From the NCBI GenBank assembly GCA_964016885.1, contig OZ024744.1, forward strand, positions 128,030,001 through 128,094,000: a DNA stretch of 64,000 bases. The letters are read 5' to 3'. The position numbers were made by a program, and so were the translations under genes. The notes beneath the pieces are model-generated. The model saw nothing but the letters and a program-made list of their open reading frames with translations. It was not told the origin of the DNA and did no database searches. Source of the stretch: Eledone cirrhosa (taxonomy: Eukaryota). This document shows, in pieces, positions 1 through 12,595 of this stretch (its first letter is position 1; each line of letters starts with the position of its first letter).

Positions 1-2585
1 TGGGGTTAAGTTAAGTTGGGGTAAAGTTAAGTTGGGGTTAAGTTAAGTTGGGGTTAAATTAAGTTGGGGTTCAGTTAAGTTGGGGTTAAATTAAGTTGGG
101 GTTAAGTTAAGTTGGGGTTAGTTAAGTTGGGGTTAAGTTAAGTTGGGGTTAAGTTAAGTTGGGGTTAAGTTAAGTTGGGGTTAAGTTAAGTTGGCGTTAA
201 GTTAAGTTGGGGTTAAGTTAAGTTGGGGTTAAATTAAGTTGGGGTTAAGTTAAGTTGGGGTTAATTTAAGTTGGGGTTAAGTTAAGTTGGGGTTAATTTA
301 AGTTGGAGTTAAGTCAAGTTGGGGTTAAGTCAAGTTGGGGTTAAGTCAAGTTGGGGTTAAGTCAAGTTGGGGTTAAGTTAAGTTGGGATTAAGTTAAGTT
401 GGGGTTAAGTTAAGTTGGGGTTAAGATAAGTTGGGGTTAAGTTAAGTTGGGGTTAATTTAAGTTGGGGTTGAGTGAAGTTCGGGTTAAGTTAAGTTCGGG
501 TTGAGTTAAGTTGGGGTTAAGTTAAGTTGGGGTTAAGTTAAGTTGGGGTTAAGTTAAGTTGGGGTTAAGATAAGTTGGGGTTAAGTTAAGTTGGGGTTAA
601 TTTAAGTTGGGGTTGAGTTAATTTGGGTTTAAGTTAAGTTGGGCTTAACTTAAGTTGGGGTTAAGTTGGGGTTAAGTTAAGTTGGGGTTAAGTTAAGTTG
701 GGGTTAAGTTAAGTTGGGGGTAAGTTAAGTTGGGGGCAAGTTAGGTTGGGGTTAATTTAAGTTGGGGTTAAGTTAAGTTGGGGTTATGTTAAGTTGGGGT
801 TAATTTAAGTTGGGGTTAAGTTAAGTTGGGGGTAACTTAAGTTGAGGGTAAGTTAAGTTGAGGGTAAGTTAAGTTGAGGGTAATTTAAGTTGAGGTTAAG
901 TTAAGTTGGGGTTAAGTTAAGTTGGGGGTAAGTTAAGTTGGGGGTAAGTTAAGTTGGGGTTAAGTTAAGTTGGGGTTAAATTAAGTTGAGGTTAAGTTAA
1001 TTTGGGGTTAAGTTAAGTTGGGGTTAAGTTAAGTTGGGGGTAAGATAAGTTGGGGCTAAGTTAAGTTGGGGCTAAGTCAAGTTGGGGTTAAGTCAAGTTG
1101 AGGTTAACTTAAGTTGGGGTTAAGTTAAGTTGGGGTTAAGTTAAGTTGGGTTTAAGGTAAGTTGGGGTTAAGTTAAGTTGGGGCTAAGTTAAGTTGGGGC
1201 TAAGTTAAGTTGGGGCTGAGTTAAGTTGGGGTTAAGTTGGGGTTGAGTTAAGTTGGGGTTAAGTTAAGTTGGGATTAAGTTAAGTTGGGGTTAAGTTAAG
1301 TTCGGGTTGAGTTAAGTTGGGGTTAAGTTAAGTTGGGGTTAATTTAAGTTGGGGTTAAGTTAAGTTGGGGTTAAGATAAGTTGGGGTTAAGTTAAGTTGG
1401 GGTTAAGTTAAGTTGGGGTTGAGTTAATTTGGGTTTAAGTTAAGTTGGGGTTAACTTAAGTTGGGGTTAAGTTAAGTTGGGGTTAAGTTAAGTTGGGGGT
1501 AAGTTAAGTTGGGGGCAAGTTGAGTTGGGGTTAAGTTAAGTTGGGGTTAAGTTAAGGTGGGGGTAAGTTAAGTTGGGGGTAAGTTAAGTTGGGGTTAAGT
1601 TAAGTTGGGGTTAAGTTAAGTTGGGTTTAAGTTAAGTTGGGGCTAAGTCTAGTTGGGGCTAAGTTAAGTTGGGGCTGAGTTAAGTTGGGGTTAAGTTAAG
1701 TTGGGGTTGAGTTAAGTTGGGGTTAACTTAAGTTGGGGTTAAGTTGGGGTTAAGTTAAGTTGGGGTTAAATTAAGTTGGGGGTTAGTTAAGTTGCGGCAA
1801 GTTAAGTTGGGGTTAATTTAAGTTGGGGTTAAGTTAAGTTGGGGTTATGTTAAGTTGGGGTTAAGTTAAGTTGGGGTTAAGTTAAGTTGGGGGTAAGTTA
1901 ATTTGGGGCTGAGTTAAGATAGGGTTAAGTTAAGTTCGGGTTGAGTTAAGTTGGGGTTAAGTTAAGTTGGGGTTAAGTTAAGTTGGGATTAAGTTAAGTT
2001 GGGGTTAAGATAAGTTGGGGTTAAGTTAAGTTGGGGTTAATTTAAGTTGGGGTTGAGTTAAGTTCGGGTTAAGTTAAGTTCGGGTTGAGTTAAGTTGGGG
2101 TTAAGTTAAGTTGGGGTTAAGTTAAGTTGGGGTTATGTTAAGTTGGGGTTAATTTAAGTTGGGGTTAAGTTAAGTTGGGGGTAACTTAAGTTGAGGGTAA
2201 GTTAAGTTGAGGGTAAGTTAAGTTGAGGGTAAGTTAAGTTGAGGTTAAGTTAAGTTGGGGTTAAGTTAAGTTGGGGGTAAGTTAAGTTGGGGGTAAGTTA
2301 AGTTGGGGTTAAGTTAAGTTGGGGTTAAATTAAGTTGAGGTTAAGTTAATTTGGGGTTAAGTTAAGTTGGGGTTAAGTTAAGTTGGGGGTAAGATAAGTT
2401 GGGGCTAAGTTAAGTTGGGGCTAAGTCAAGTTGGGGTTAAGTCAAGTTGAGGTTAACTTAAGTTGGGGTTAAGTTAAGTTGGGGTTAAGTTAAGTTGGGG
2501 TTAAGGTAAGTTGGGGTTAAGTTAAGTTGGGGCTAAGTTAAGTTGGGGCTAAGTTAAGTTGGGGCTGAGTTAAGTTGGGGTTAAG
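1..2585 (+). repeat. Block duplicated at +9588 bp (partner about 9589-12175)
   Basis: Rare marker GAGTGAAGTTCGGG at 471 and 10059, and GATAGGG at 1918 and 11506; both offsets are 9588. The intervening variants occur in the same order. Confidence 0.9.
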
Positions 2586-5500
2586 TTGCGGTTGAGTTAA
2601 GTTGGGGTTAAGTTAAGTTGGGATTAAGTTAAGTTGGGGTTAAGTTAAGTTCGGGTTGAGTTAAGTTGGGGTTAAGTTAAGTTGGGGTTAATTTAAGTTG
2701 GGGTTAAGTTAAGTTGGGGTTAAGATAAGTTGGGGTTAAGTTAAGTTGGGGTTAAGTTAAGTTGGGGTTGAGTTAATTTGGGGTTAAGTTAAGTTGGGGT
2801 TAACTTAAGTTGGGGTTAAGTTAAGTTGGGGTTAAGTTAAGTTGGGGGTAAGTTAAGTTGGGGGCAAGCTAAGTTGGGGTTCAGTTAAGTTGGGGTTAAG
2901 TTAATTTGGGGCTGAGTTAAGTTGGGGTTAAGTTAAGTTCGGGTTGAGTTAAGTTGGGGTTAAGTTAAGTTGGGGTTAAGTTAAGTTGGGGTTAAGTTAA
3001 GTTGGGGTTAAGATAAGTTGGGGTTAAGTTAAGTTGGGGTTAATTTAAGTTGGGGTTGAGTTAACTTGGGTTTAAGTTAAGTTGGGCTTAACTTAAGTTG
3101 GGGTTAAGTTAAGTTGGGGTTAAGTTAAGTTGGGGGTAAGTTAAGTTGGGGGCAAGTTAAGTTGGGGTTAATTTAAGTTGAGGTTAAGTTAAGTTGGGGT
3201 TAAGTTAAGTTGGGGGTAAGTTAAGTTGGGGGTAAGTTAAGTTGGGGTTAAGTTAAGTTGGGGTTAAATTAAGTTGAGGTTAAGTTAATTTGGGGTTAAG
3301 TTAAGTTGGGGTTAAGTTAAGTTGGGGGTAAGATAAGTTGGGGCTAAGTTAAGTTGGGGCTAAGTCAAGTTGGGGTTGAGTCAAGTTGGGGTTAAGTCAA
3401 GTTGAGGTTAGCTTAAGTTGGGGTTAAGTTAAGTTGGGGTTAAGTTAAGTTGGGGTTAAGGTAAGTTGGGGTTAAGTTAAGTTGGGGCTAAGTTAAGTTG
3501 GGGCTAATTTAAGTTGGGGCTGAGTTAAGTTGGGGTTAAGTTGGGGTTGAGTTAAGTTGGGGTTAAGTTAAGTTGGGATTAAGTTAAGTTGGGGTTAAGT
3601 TAAGTTCGGGTTGAGTTAAGTTGGGGTTAAGTTAAGTTGGGGTTAATTTAAGTTGGGGTTAAGTTAAGTTGGGGTTAAGATAAGTTGGGGTTAAGTTAAG
3701 TTGGGGTTAAGTTAAGTTGGGGTTGAGTTAATTTGGGGTTAAGTTAAGTTGGGGTTAACTTAAGTTGGGGTTAAGTTAAGTTGGGGTTAAGTTAAGTTGG
3801 GGGTAAGTTAAGTCGGGGTTAAGTTAAGTTGGGGTTAAGTTAAGTTGGGTTTAAGTTAAGTTGGGGCTAAGTTAAGTTGGGGCTAAGTTAAGTTGGGGCT
3901 GAGTTAAGTTGGGGGTAACTTAAGTTGGGTATAAGTTAAGTTGGGGTTAAGTTAAGTTGGGGTTCAGTTCAGTTGGGGTTAAGTTAAGTTGGGGTTAAGT
4001 TAAGCTGGGGTTAAGTTAAGTTGGGGTTAATTTAAGTTGGGGTTAAGTTAAGTTGGGGTTGAGTTAAGTTGGGGTTGAGTTAAGCTGGGGTTAATTTAAA
4101 TTGGGGTTAAGTTAAGTTGGGGTTAAATTAAGTTGGGGTTAAGTTAAGTTGGGGGTAAGTTAAGTTGGGGGCAAGTTAAGTTGGGGTTAAGTTAAGTTGG
4201 GGTTAAGTTAAGTTGGGGTTAAGTTAAGTTGGGGTTAACTTAAGTTTGGGGTAAGTTAAGTCGGGGTTAATTTAAGTTGGGGTTAAGTTAAGTTGGGTTT
4301 AAGTTAAGTTGGGGCTAAGTTAAGTTGGGGCTAAGTTAAATTGGGGCTGAGTTAAGTTGGGGGTAAGTTAAGTTGGGTGTAAGTTAAGTTGGGGTTAAGT
4401 TAAGTTGGGGTTAAGTTAAGCTGGGGTTAAGTTAAGTTGGGGTTAAGTTAAGTTGGGGTTAAGTTAAGTTGGGGTTGAGTTAAGTTGGGGTTGAGTTAAG
4501 TTGGGGTTAATTTAAGTTGGGGTTAAGTTAAGTTGGGGTTAAGTTAAGTTGGGGTTAAGTTAAGTTGGGGGTAAGTTAAGTTGGGGGCAAGTTAAGTTGG
4601 GGTTAAGTTAAGTTGGGGTTAAGTTAAGTTGGGGTTAAGTTAAGTTAGGGTTAATTTCAGTTGGGGTTAAGTTAAGTTGGGGTTAAGTTAAGTTAGGGTT
4701 AATTTAAGTTGGGGTTATGTTAAGTTGGGGTTAAGTTAAGTTGGGGTTAAGTTAAGTTGGTGTTAAGTAAAGTTGGGGTTAAGTTAAGTTGTGGGTTAAG
4801 TTAAGTTGGGGTTAAGTTAAGTTGGGGTTAAGTTAAGTTGGTGTTAAGTAAAGTTGGGCTTAAGTTAAGTTGGGTTTGAGTTAAGTTGGGGCTAAGTTAA
4901 GTTAGGGCTAAGTTAAGTTGGGGTTAAGTTAAGTTGGGGCTAGGTTAAGTTGGGTCTAAGTTAAGTGGGGTTAAGTTAAGTTGGGGTTAAGTTAAGTTGG
5001 GGTTAAATTAAGTTGGGGTTAAGTTAAATTGGGGTTAAGCTAAGTTGGGGTTAAGTTAATTTGCGGTTAAGTTAGGTTGTGGGTTAAGTTAAGTTGGGGG
5101 TAAGTTAAGTTGGGGGTAAGTTAAGTTGGGGTTAATTTAAGTTGGGGTTAAGTTAAGTTGGGGTTAAGTTAAGTTGGGGTTAAGTTAAGTTGGCGTTAAG
5201 TTAACTTGGGGTAAAGTTAAGTTGGGGTTAAGTTAAGTTGGGGTTAAGTTAAGTTGGGGTTAAGTTAAGTTGGGGTTAAGTCAAGTTGGGGTTAAGTCAA
5301 GTTGGGGTTAATTCAAGTTGGGGTTAAGTTAAGTTGGGGTTAAGTTAAGTTGGGGGTAAGTTAAGTTGGGTGTAAGTTAAGTTGGGGTTAAGTTAAAATG
5401 TGGTTAAGTTCAGTTGGGGTTAAGTTAAGTTGGGGTTAAATTAAGTTGGGGGTAAGTTAAGTTGGGGGCAAGTTAAGTTGGGGTTAAGTTAAGTTGGGGT

Positions 5501-7099
5501 TAAGTTAAGTTGGGGTTAAGTTAAGTTGGGGTCAAGTTAAGTTGGGGTTAAGTTAAGTTAGGATTAATTTCAGTTGGGGTTATGTTAAGTTGGGGTTAAG
5601 TTAAGTTGGGGTTAATTTAAAGTTGGGGTTAAGTTAAGTTGGGGTAAAGTTAAGTTAGGGTTAAGTTAAGTTGGGGTTAAGTTAAGTTGGGGTTAAATTA
5701 AGTTGGGGTTAAGTTAAGTTGGGGTTAAGTTAAGTTGGGGTTAAATTAAGTTGGGGTTCAGTTAAGTTGGGTTTAAATTAAGTTGGGGTTAAGTTAAGTT
5801 GGGGTTAGTTAAGTTGGGGTTAAGTTAAGTTGGGGTTAAGTTAAGTTGGGGTTAAGTTAAGTTGGGGTTAAGTTAAGTTGGCGTTAAGTTAAGTTGGGGT
5901 TAAGTTAAGTTGGGGTTAAATTAAGTTGGGGTTAAGTTAAGTTGGGGTTAATTTAAGTTGGGGTTAAGTTAAGTTGGGGTTAAGTTAAGTTGGAGTTAAG
6001 TCAAGTTGGGGTTAAGTCAAGTTGCGGTTAAGTCAAGTTGGGGTTAAGTCAAGTTGGGGTTAAGTTAAGTTGGGGTTAAGTTAAGTTGGGGTTAAGTTAA
6101 GTTGGGGGTAAGTTAAGTTGGGTGTAAGTTAAGTTGGGGTTAAGTTAAGTTGGGGTTCAGTTCAGTTGGGGTTAAGTTGGGGTTAAGTTAAGCTGGGGGT
6201 AAGTTAAGTTGGGGTTAAGTTAAGTTGGGGTTAAGTTAAGTTGGGGTTAAGTTAAGTTGGGTTTAAGTTAAGTTGGAGTTAAGTTAAGTTGGAGTTAAGT
6301 TAAGTTGGGGTTAAGCTAAGTTGGGGTTAAGCTAAGTTGGGGTTAAGTTAATTTGGGGCTGAGTTAAGTTGGGGTTAAGTTAAGTTCGGGTTGAGTTAAG
6401 TTGGGGTTAAGTTAAGTTGGGGTTAAGTTAAGTTGGGGTTAAGTTAAGTTGGGGTTAAGATAAGTTGGGGTTAAGTTAAGTTGGGGTTAATTTAAGTTGG
6501 GGTTGAGTTAATTTGGGTTTAAGTTAAGTTGGGCTTAACTTTAGTTGGGGTTAAGTTGGGGTTAAGTTAAGTTGGGGTTAAGTTAAGTTGGGGGTAAGTT
6601 AAGTTGGGGGCAAGTTAAGTTGGGGTTAATTTAAGTTGGGGTTAAGTTAAGTTGGGGTTATGTTAAGTCGGGGTTAAGTTAAGTTGGGGGTAACTTAAGT
6701 TGGGGTTAAGTTAATTTGGGGGTAAGTTAAGTTGGGGTTAAGTTAAGTTGGGGGTAAGTTAAGTTGAGGGTAAGTTAAGTTGGGGTTAAGTTAAGTTGGG
6801 GTTAAATTAAGTTGAGGTTAAGTTAAGTTGGGGTTAAGTTAAGTTGGGGGTAAGATAAGTTGGGGGTAAGATAAGTTGGGGCTAAGTTAACTTGGGGCTA
6901 AGTCAAGTTGGGGTTAATTCAAGTTGAGGTTAACTTAAGTTGGGGTTAAGTTAAGTTGGGGTTAAGTTAAGTTGGGGTTAAGGTAAGTTGGGGTTATGTT
7001 AAGTTGGGGCTAAGTTAAGTTGGGGCTAAGTTAAGTTGGGGCTGAGTTAAGTTGGGGTTAAGTTAAGTTGGGGTTGAGTTAAGTTGGGGTTAAGTTAAG

Positions 7100-7325
7100 T
7101 TGGGATTAAGTTAAGTTGGGGTTAAGTTAAGTTCGGCTTGAGTTAAGTTGGGGTTAAGTTAAGTTGGGGTTAATTTAAGTTGGGGTTAAGTTAAGTTGGG
7201 GTTAAGATAAGTTGGGATTAAGTTAAGTTGGGGTTAAGTTAAGTTCGGCTTGAGTTAAGTTGGGGTTAAGTTAAGTTGGGGTTAATTTAAGTTGGGGTTA
7301 AGTTAAGTTGGGGTTAAGATAAGTT
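7100..7325 (+). repeat. 112-bp (7-monomer) tandem duplication
   Basis: The CGGCTTGAG marker is at 7134 and 7246, each copy preceded by GGGA and followed by TTAATTT and GATAAG variants. The homologous modules at about 35550 and 38445 have a single copy. Confidence 0.85.
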
Positions 7326-9588
7326 GGGGTTAAGTTAAGTTGGGGTTAACTTAAGTTGGGGTTAAGTTGGGGTTAAGTTAAGTTGGGGGTAGGTTAAGTT
7401 GGGGGCAAGTTAAGTTGGGGTTAAGTTAAGTTGGGGTTAAGTTAAGTTGGGGGTAAGTTAAGTCGGGGTTAAGTTAAGTTGGGGTTAATTTAAGTTGAGG
7501 TTAAGTTAAGTTGGGGTTAAGGTAAGTTGGGGTTAAGTTAATTTGCGGTTAAGTTAGGTTGTGGGTTAAGTTAAGTTGGGGTTAAGTTAAGCTGGGGTTA
7601 AGTTGGGGTAAGTTAAGTTGGGGGTAAGTTAAGTTGGGGTTAAGTTAAGTTGGGGTTAAGTTAAGTTGGGGTTAAGTTAAGTTGGGGTTAAGTTAAGTTG
7701 GGGTTGAGTTAAGTTGGGGTTGAGTTAAGTTGGGGTTAAGTTAAGTTGGGGTTAAGTTAAGTTGGGGTTAAGTTAAGTTGGGGTTAAGTTAAGCTGGGGT
7801 TAAGTTGGGGTAAGTTAAGTTGGGGGTAAGTTAAGTTGGGGTAAAGTTAAGTTGGGGTTAAGGTAAGTTGGGGTTATGTTAAGTTGGGGCTAAGTTAAGT
7901 TGGGGCTAAATCAAGTTGGGGTTAAGTCAAGTTGAGGTTAACTTAAGTTGGGGCTAAGTTAAGTTGGGGTTAAGTTAAGTTGGGGTTAAGTTAAGTTGGG
8001 GTTAAGGTAAGTTGGGGTTATGTTAAGTTGGGGCTAAGTTAAGTTGGGGCTAAGTTAAGTTAGGGCTGAGTTAAGTTGGGGTTAAGTTAAGTTGGGGTTG
8101 AGTTAAGTTGGGGTTAAGTTAAGTTGGGATTAAGTTAAGTTGGGGTTAAGTTAAGTTGGGGTTAAGATAAGTTGGGGTTAAGTTAAGTTGGGGTTAAGTT
8201 AAGTTGGGGTTGAGTTAATTTGGGGTTAAGTTAAGTTGGGGTTAACTTAAGTTGGGGTTAAGTTGGGGTTAAGTTAAGTTGGGGGTAGGTTAAGTTGGGG
8301 GCAAGTTAAGTTGGGGTTAAGTTAAGTTGGGGTTAAGTTAAGTTGGGTTTAAGTTAAGTTGGGGCTAAGTTAAGTTGGGGCTAAGTTAAGTTGGGGCTGA
8401 GTTAAGTTGGGTGTAAGTTAAGTTGGGGTTCAGGTCAGTTGGGGTTAAGTTAAGTTGGGGTTAAGTTAAGTTGGGGTTAAGTTAAGTTGGGGTTAAGTTA
8501 AGTTGGGGTTAAGTTAAGTTGGGGTTGAGTTAAGTTGGGGTTGAGTTAAGTTGGGGTTAAGTTAAGTTGGGGTTAAGTTAAGTTGGGGTTAAGTTAAGTT
8601 GGGGGTAAGTTAAGTTGGGGGTAAGTTAAGTTGGGGGCAAGTTAAGTTGGGGTTAAGTTAAGTTGGGGTTAAGTTAAGTTGGGGTTAAGTTAAGTTAGGG
8701 TTAATTTCAGTTGGGGTTAAGTTAAGTTGGGGTTAAGTTAAGTTAGGGTTAATTTAAGTTGGGGTTATGTTAAGTTGGGGTTAAGTTAAGTTGGGGTTAA
8801 GTTAAGTTGGTGTTAAGTAAAGTTGGGGTTAAGTTAAGTTGTGGGTTAAGTTAAGTTGGGGTTAAGTTAAGTTGGGGTTAAGTTAAGTTGGTGTTAAGTA
8901 AAGTTGGGCTTAAGTTAAGTTGGGTTTGAGTTAAGTTGGGGCTAAGTTAAGTTAGGGCTAAGTTAAGTTGGGGTTAAGTTAAGTTGGGGCTAGGTTAAGT
9001 TGGGTCTAATTTAAGTTGGGGTTAAGTTAAGTTGGGGTTAAGTTAAGTTGGGGTTAAATTAAGTTGGGGTTAAGTTAAGTTGGGCTTAAGCTAAGTTGGG
9101 GTTAAGTAAAGTAGGGGTTAAGTTAAGTTGTGGGTTAAGTTAAGTTGGGGTTAAGTTAAGTTGGGGTTAAGTTAAGTTGGGGTTAAGTTAAGTTGGGGTT
9201 AAGTTAAGCTGGGGTTAAGTTGGGGTAAGTTAAGTTGGGGTTAAGTTAAGTTGGGGTTAAGTTAAGTTGGGGTTAAGTTAAGTTGGGGTTAAGTTAAGTT
9301 GGGGTTGAGTTAAGTTGGGGTTGAGTTAAGTTGGGGTTAAGTTAAGTTGGGGTTAAGTTAAGTTGGGGTTAAGTTAAGTTGGGGTTAAGTTAAGTTGGGG
9401 TTAAGTTAAGTTGGGGGCAAGTTAAGTTGGGGTTAAGTTAAGTTGGGGTTAAGTTAAGTTGGGGTTAAGTTAAGTTGGGGTTAAGTTAAGTTGGGGTTAA
9501 GTTAAGTTGGGGTTAAGTTAAGTTAGGGTTAATTTCAGTTGGGGTTATGTTAAGTTGGGGTTAAGTTAAGTTGGGGTTAAGTTAAAGT

Positions 9589-12175
9589 TGGGGTTAAGTT
9601 AAGTTGGGGTAAAGTTAAGTTGGGGTTAAGTTAAGTTGGGGTTAAATTAAGTTGGAGTTCAGTTAAGTTGGGGTTAAATTAAGTTGGGGTTAAGTTAAGT
9701 TGGGGTTAGTTAAGTTGGGGTTAAGTTAAGTTGGGGTTAAGTTAAGTTGGGGTTAAGTTAAGTTGGGGTTAAGTTAAGTTGGCGTTAAGTTAAGTTGGGG
9801 TTAAGTTAAGTTGGGGTTAAATTAAGTTGGGGTTAAGTTAAGTTGGGGTTAATTTAAGTTGGGGTTAAGTTAAGTTGGGGTTAATTTAAGTTGGAGTTAA
9901 GTCAAGTTGGGGTTAAGTCAAGTTGGGGTTAAGTCAAGTTGGGGTTAAGTCAAGTTGGGGTTAAGTTAAGTTGGGATTAAGTTAAGTTGGGGTTAAGTTA
10001 AGTTGGGGTTAAGATAAGTTGGGGTTAAGTTAAGTTGGGGTTAATTTAAGTTGGGGTTGAGTGAAGTTCGGGTTAAGTTAAGTTCGGGTTGAGTTAAGTT
10101 GGGGTTAAGTTAAGTTGGGGTTAAGTTAAGTTGGGGTTAAGTTAAGTTGGGGTTAAGATAAGTTGGGGTTAAGTTAAGTTGGGGTTAATTTAAGTTGGGG
10201 TTGAGTTAATTTGGGTTTAAGTTAAGTTGGGCTTAACTTAAGTTGGGGTTAAGTTGGGGTTAAGTTAAGTTGGGGTTAAGTTAAGTTGGGGTTAAGTTAA
10301 GTTGGGGGTAAGTTAAGTTGGGGGCAAGTTAGGTTGGGGTTAATTTAAGTTGGGGTTAAGTTAAGTTGGGGTTATGTTAAGTTGGGGTTAATTTAAGTTG
10401 GGGTTAAGTTAAGTTGGGGGTAACTTAAGTTGAGGGTAAGTTAAGTTGAGGGTAAGTTAAGTTGAGGGTAATTTAAGTTGAGGTTAAGTTAAGTTGGGGT
10501 TAAGTTAAGTTGGGGGTAAGTTAAGTTGGGGGTAAGTTAAGTTGGGGTTAAGTTAAGTTGGGGTTAAATTAAGTTGAGGTTAAGTTAATTTGGGGTTAAG
10601 TTAAGTTGGGGTTAAGTTAAGTTGGGGGTAAGATAAGTTGGGGCTAAGTTAAGTTGGGGCTAAGTCAAGTTGGGGTTAAGTCAAGTTGAGGTTAACTTAA
10701 GTTGGGGTTAAGTTAAGTTGGGGTTAAGTTAAGTTGGGTTTAAGGTAAGTTGGGGTTAAGTTAAGTTGGGGCTAAGTTAAGTTGGGGCTAAGTTAAGTTG
10801 GGGCTGAGTTAAGTTGGGGTTAAGTTGGGGTTGAGTTAAGTTGGGGTTAAGTTAAGTTGGGATTAAGTTAAGTTGGGGTTAAGTTAAGTTCGGGTTGAGT
10901 TAAGTTGGGGTTAAGTTAAGTTGGGGTTAATTTAAGTTGGGGTTAAGTTAAGTTGGGGTTAAGATAAGTTGGGGTTAAGTTAAGTTGGGGTTAAGTTAAG
11001 TTGGGGTTGAGTTAATTTGGGTTTAAGTTAAGTTGGGGTTAACTTAAGTTGGGGTTAAGTTAAGTTGGGGTTAAGTTAAGTTGGGGGTAAGTTAAGTTGG
11101 GGGCAAGTTGAGTTGGGGTTAAGTTAAGTTGGGGTTAAGTTAAGGTGGGGGTAAGTTAAGTTGGGGGTAAGTTAAGTTGGGGTTAAGTTAAGTTGGGGTT
11201 AAGTTAAGTTGGGTTTAAGTTAAGTTGGGGCTAAGTCTAGTTGGGGCTAAGTTAAGTTGGGGCTGAGTTAAGTTGGGGTTAAGTTAAGTTGGGGTTGAGT
11301 TAAGTTGGGGTTAACTTAAGTTGGGGTTAAGTTGGGGTTAAGTTAAGTTGGGGTTAAATTAAGTTGGGGGTTAGTTAAGTTGCGGCAAGTTAAGTTGGGG
11401 TTAATTTAAGTTGGGGTTAAGTTAAGTTGGGGTTATGTTAAGTTGGGGTTAAGTTAAGTTGGGGTTAAGTTAAGTTGGGGGTAAGTTAATTTGGGGCTGA
11501 GTTAAGATAGGGTTAAGTTAAGTTCGGGTTGAGTTAAGTTGGGGTTAAGTTAAGTTGGGGTTAAGTTAAGTTGGGATTAAGTTAAGTTGGGGTTAAGATA
11601 AGTTGGGGTTAAGTTAAGTTGGGGTTAATTTAAGTTGGGGTTGAGTTAAGTTCGGGTTAAGTTAAGTTCGGGTTGAGTTAAGTTGGGGTTAAGTTAAGTT
11701 GGGGTTAAGTTAAGTTGGGGTTATGTTAAGTTGGGGTTAATTTAAGTTGGGGTTAAGTTAAGTTGGGGGTAACTTAAGTTGAGGGTAAGTTAAGTTGAGG
11801 GTAAGTTAAGTTGAGGGTAAGTTAAGTTGAGGTTAAGTTAAGTTGGGGTTAAGTTAAGTTGGGGGTAAGTTAAGTTGGGGGTAAGTTAAGTTGGGGTTAA
11901 GTTAAGTTGGGGTTAAATTAAGTTGAGGTTAAGTTAATTTGGGGTTAAGTTAAGTTGGGGTTAAGTTAAGTTGGGGGTAAGATAAGTTGGGGCTAAGTTA
12001 AGTTGGGGCTAAGTCAAGTTGGGGTTAAGTCAAGTTGAGGTTAACTTAAGTTGGGGTTAAGTTAAGTTGGGGTTAAGTTAAGTTGGGGTTAAGGTAAGTT
12101 GGGGTTAAGTTAAGTTGGGGCTAAGTTAAGTTGGGGCTAAGTTAAGTTGGGGCTGAGTTAAGTTGGGGTTAAGTT
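9589..12175 (+). repeat. Second copy of the 1-2585 block
   Basis: Same markers as 1-2585 at an offset of 9588. Confidence 0.9.
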
Positions 12176-12595
12176 GGGGTTGAGTTAAGTTGGGGTTAAG
12201 TTAAGTTGGGATTAAGTTAAGTTGGGGTTAAGTTAAGTTCGGGTTGAGTTAAGTTGGGGTTAAGTTAAGTTGGGGTTAATTTAAGTTGGGGTTAAGTTAA
12301 GTTGGGGTTAAGATAAGTTGGGGTTAAGTTAAGTTGGGGTTAAGTTAAGTTGGGGTTGAGTTAATTTGGGGTTAAGTTAAGTTGGGGTTAACTTAAGTTG
12401 GGGTTAAGTTAAGTTGGGGTTAAGTTAAGTTGGGGGTAAGTTAAGTCGGGGTTAAGTTAAGTTGGGGTTAAGTTAAGTTGGGTTTAAGTTAAGTTGGGGC
12501 TAAGTTAAGTTGGGGCTAAGTTAAGTTGGGGCTGAGTTAAGTTGGGGGTAACTTAAGTTGGGTATAAGTTAAGTTGGGGTTAAGTTAAGTTGGGG

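Noticed and set aside
1104-1116. Palindromes GTTAAC and AACTTAAGTT as operator or hairpin sites
   Set aside because: They arise automatically from one G to C change in a TTAA-rich monomer and have no gene context. They are useful only as HpaI/AflII mapping sites.
4645-4652. TTAGGG and TTAGG occurrences as vertebrate or insect telomere repeats
   Set aside because: They are isolated single-substitution variants of the monomer and never occur in tandem.
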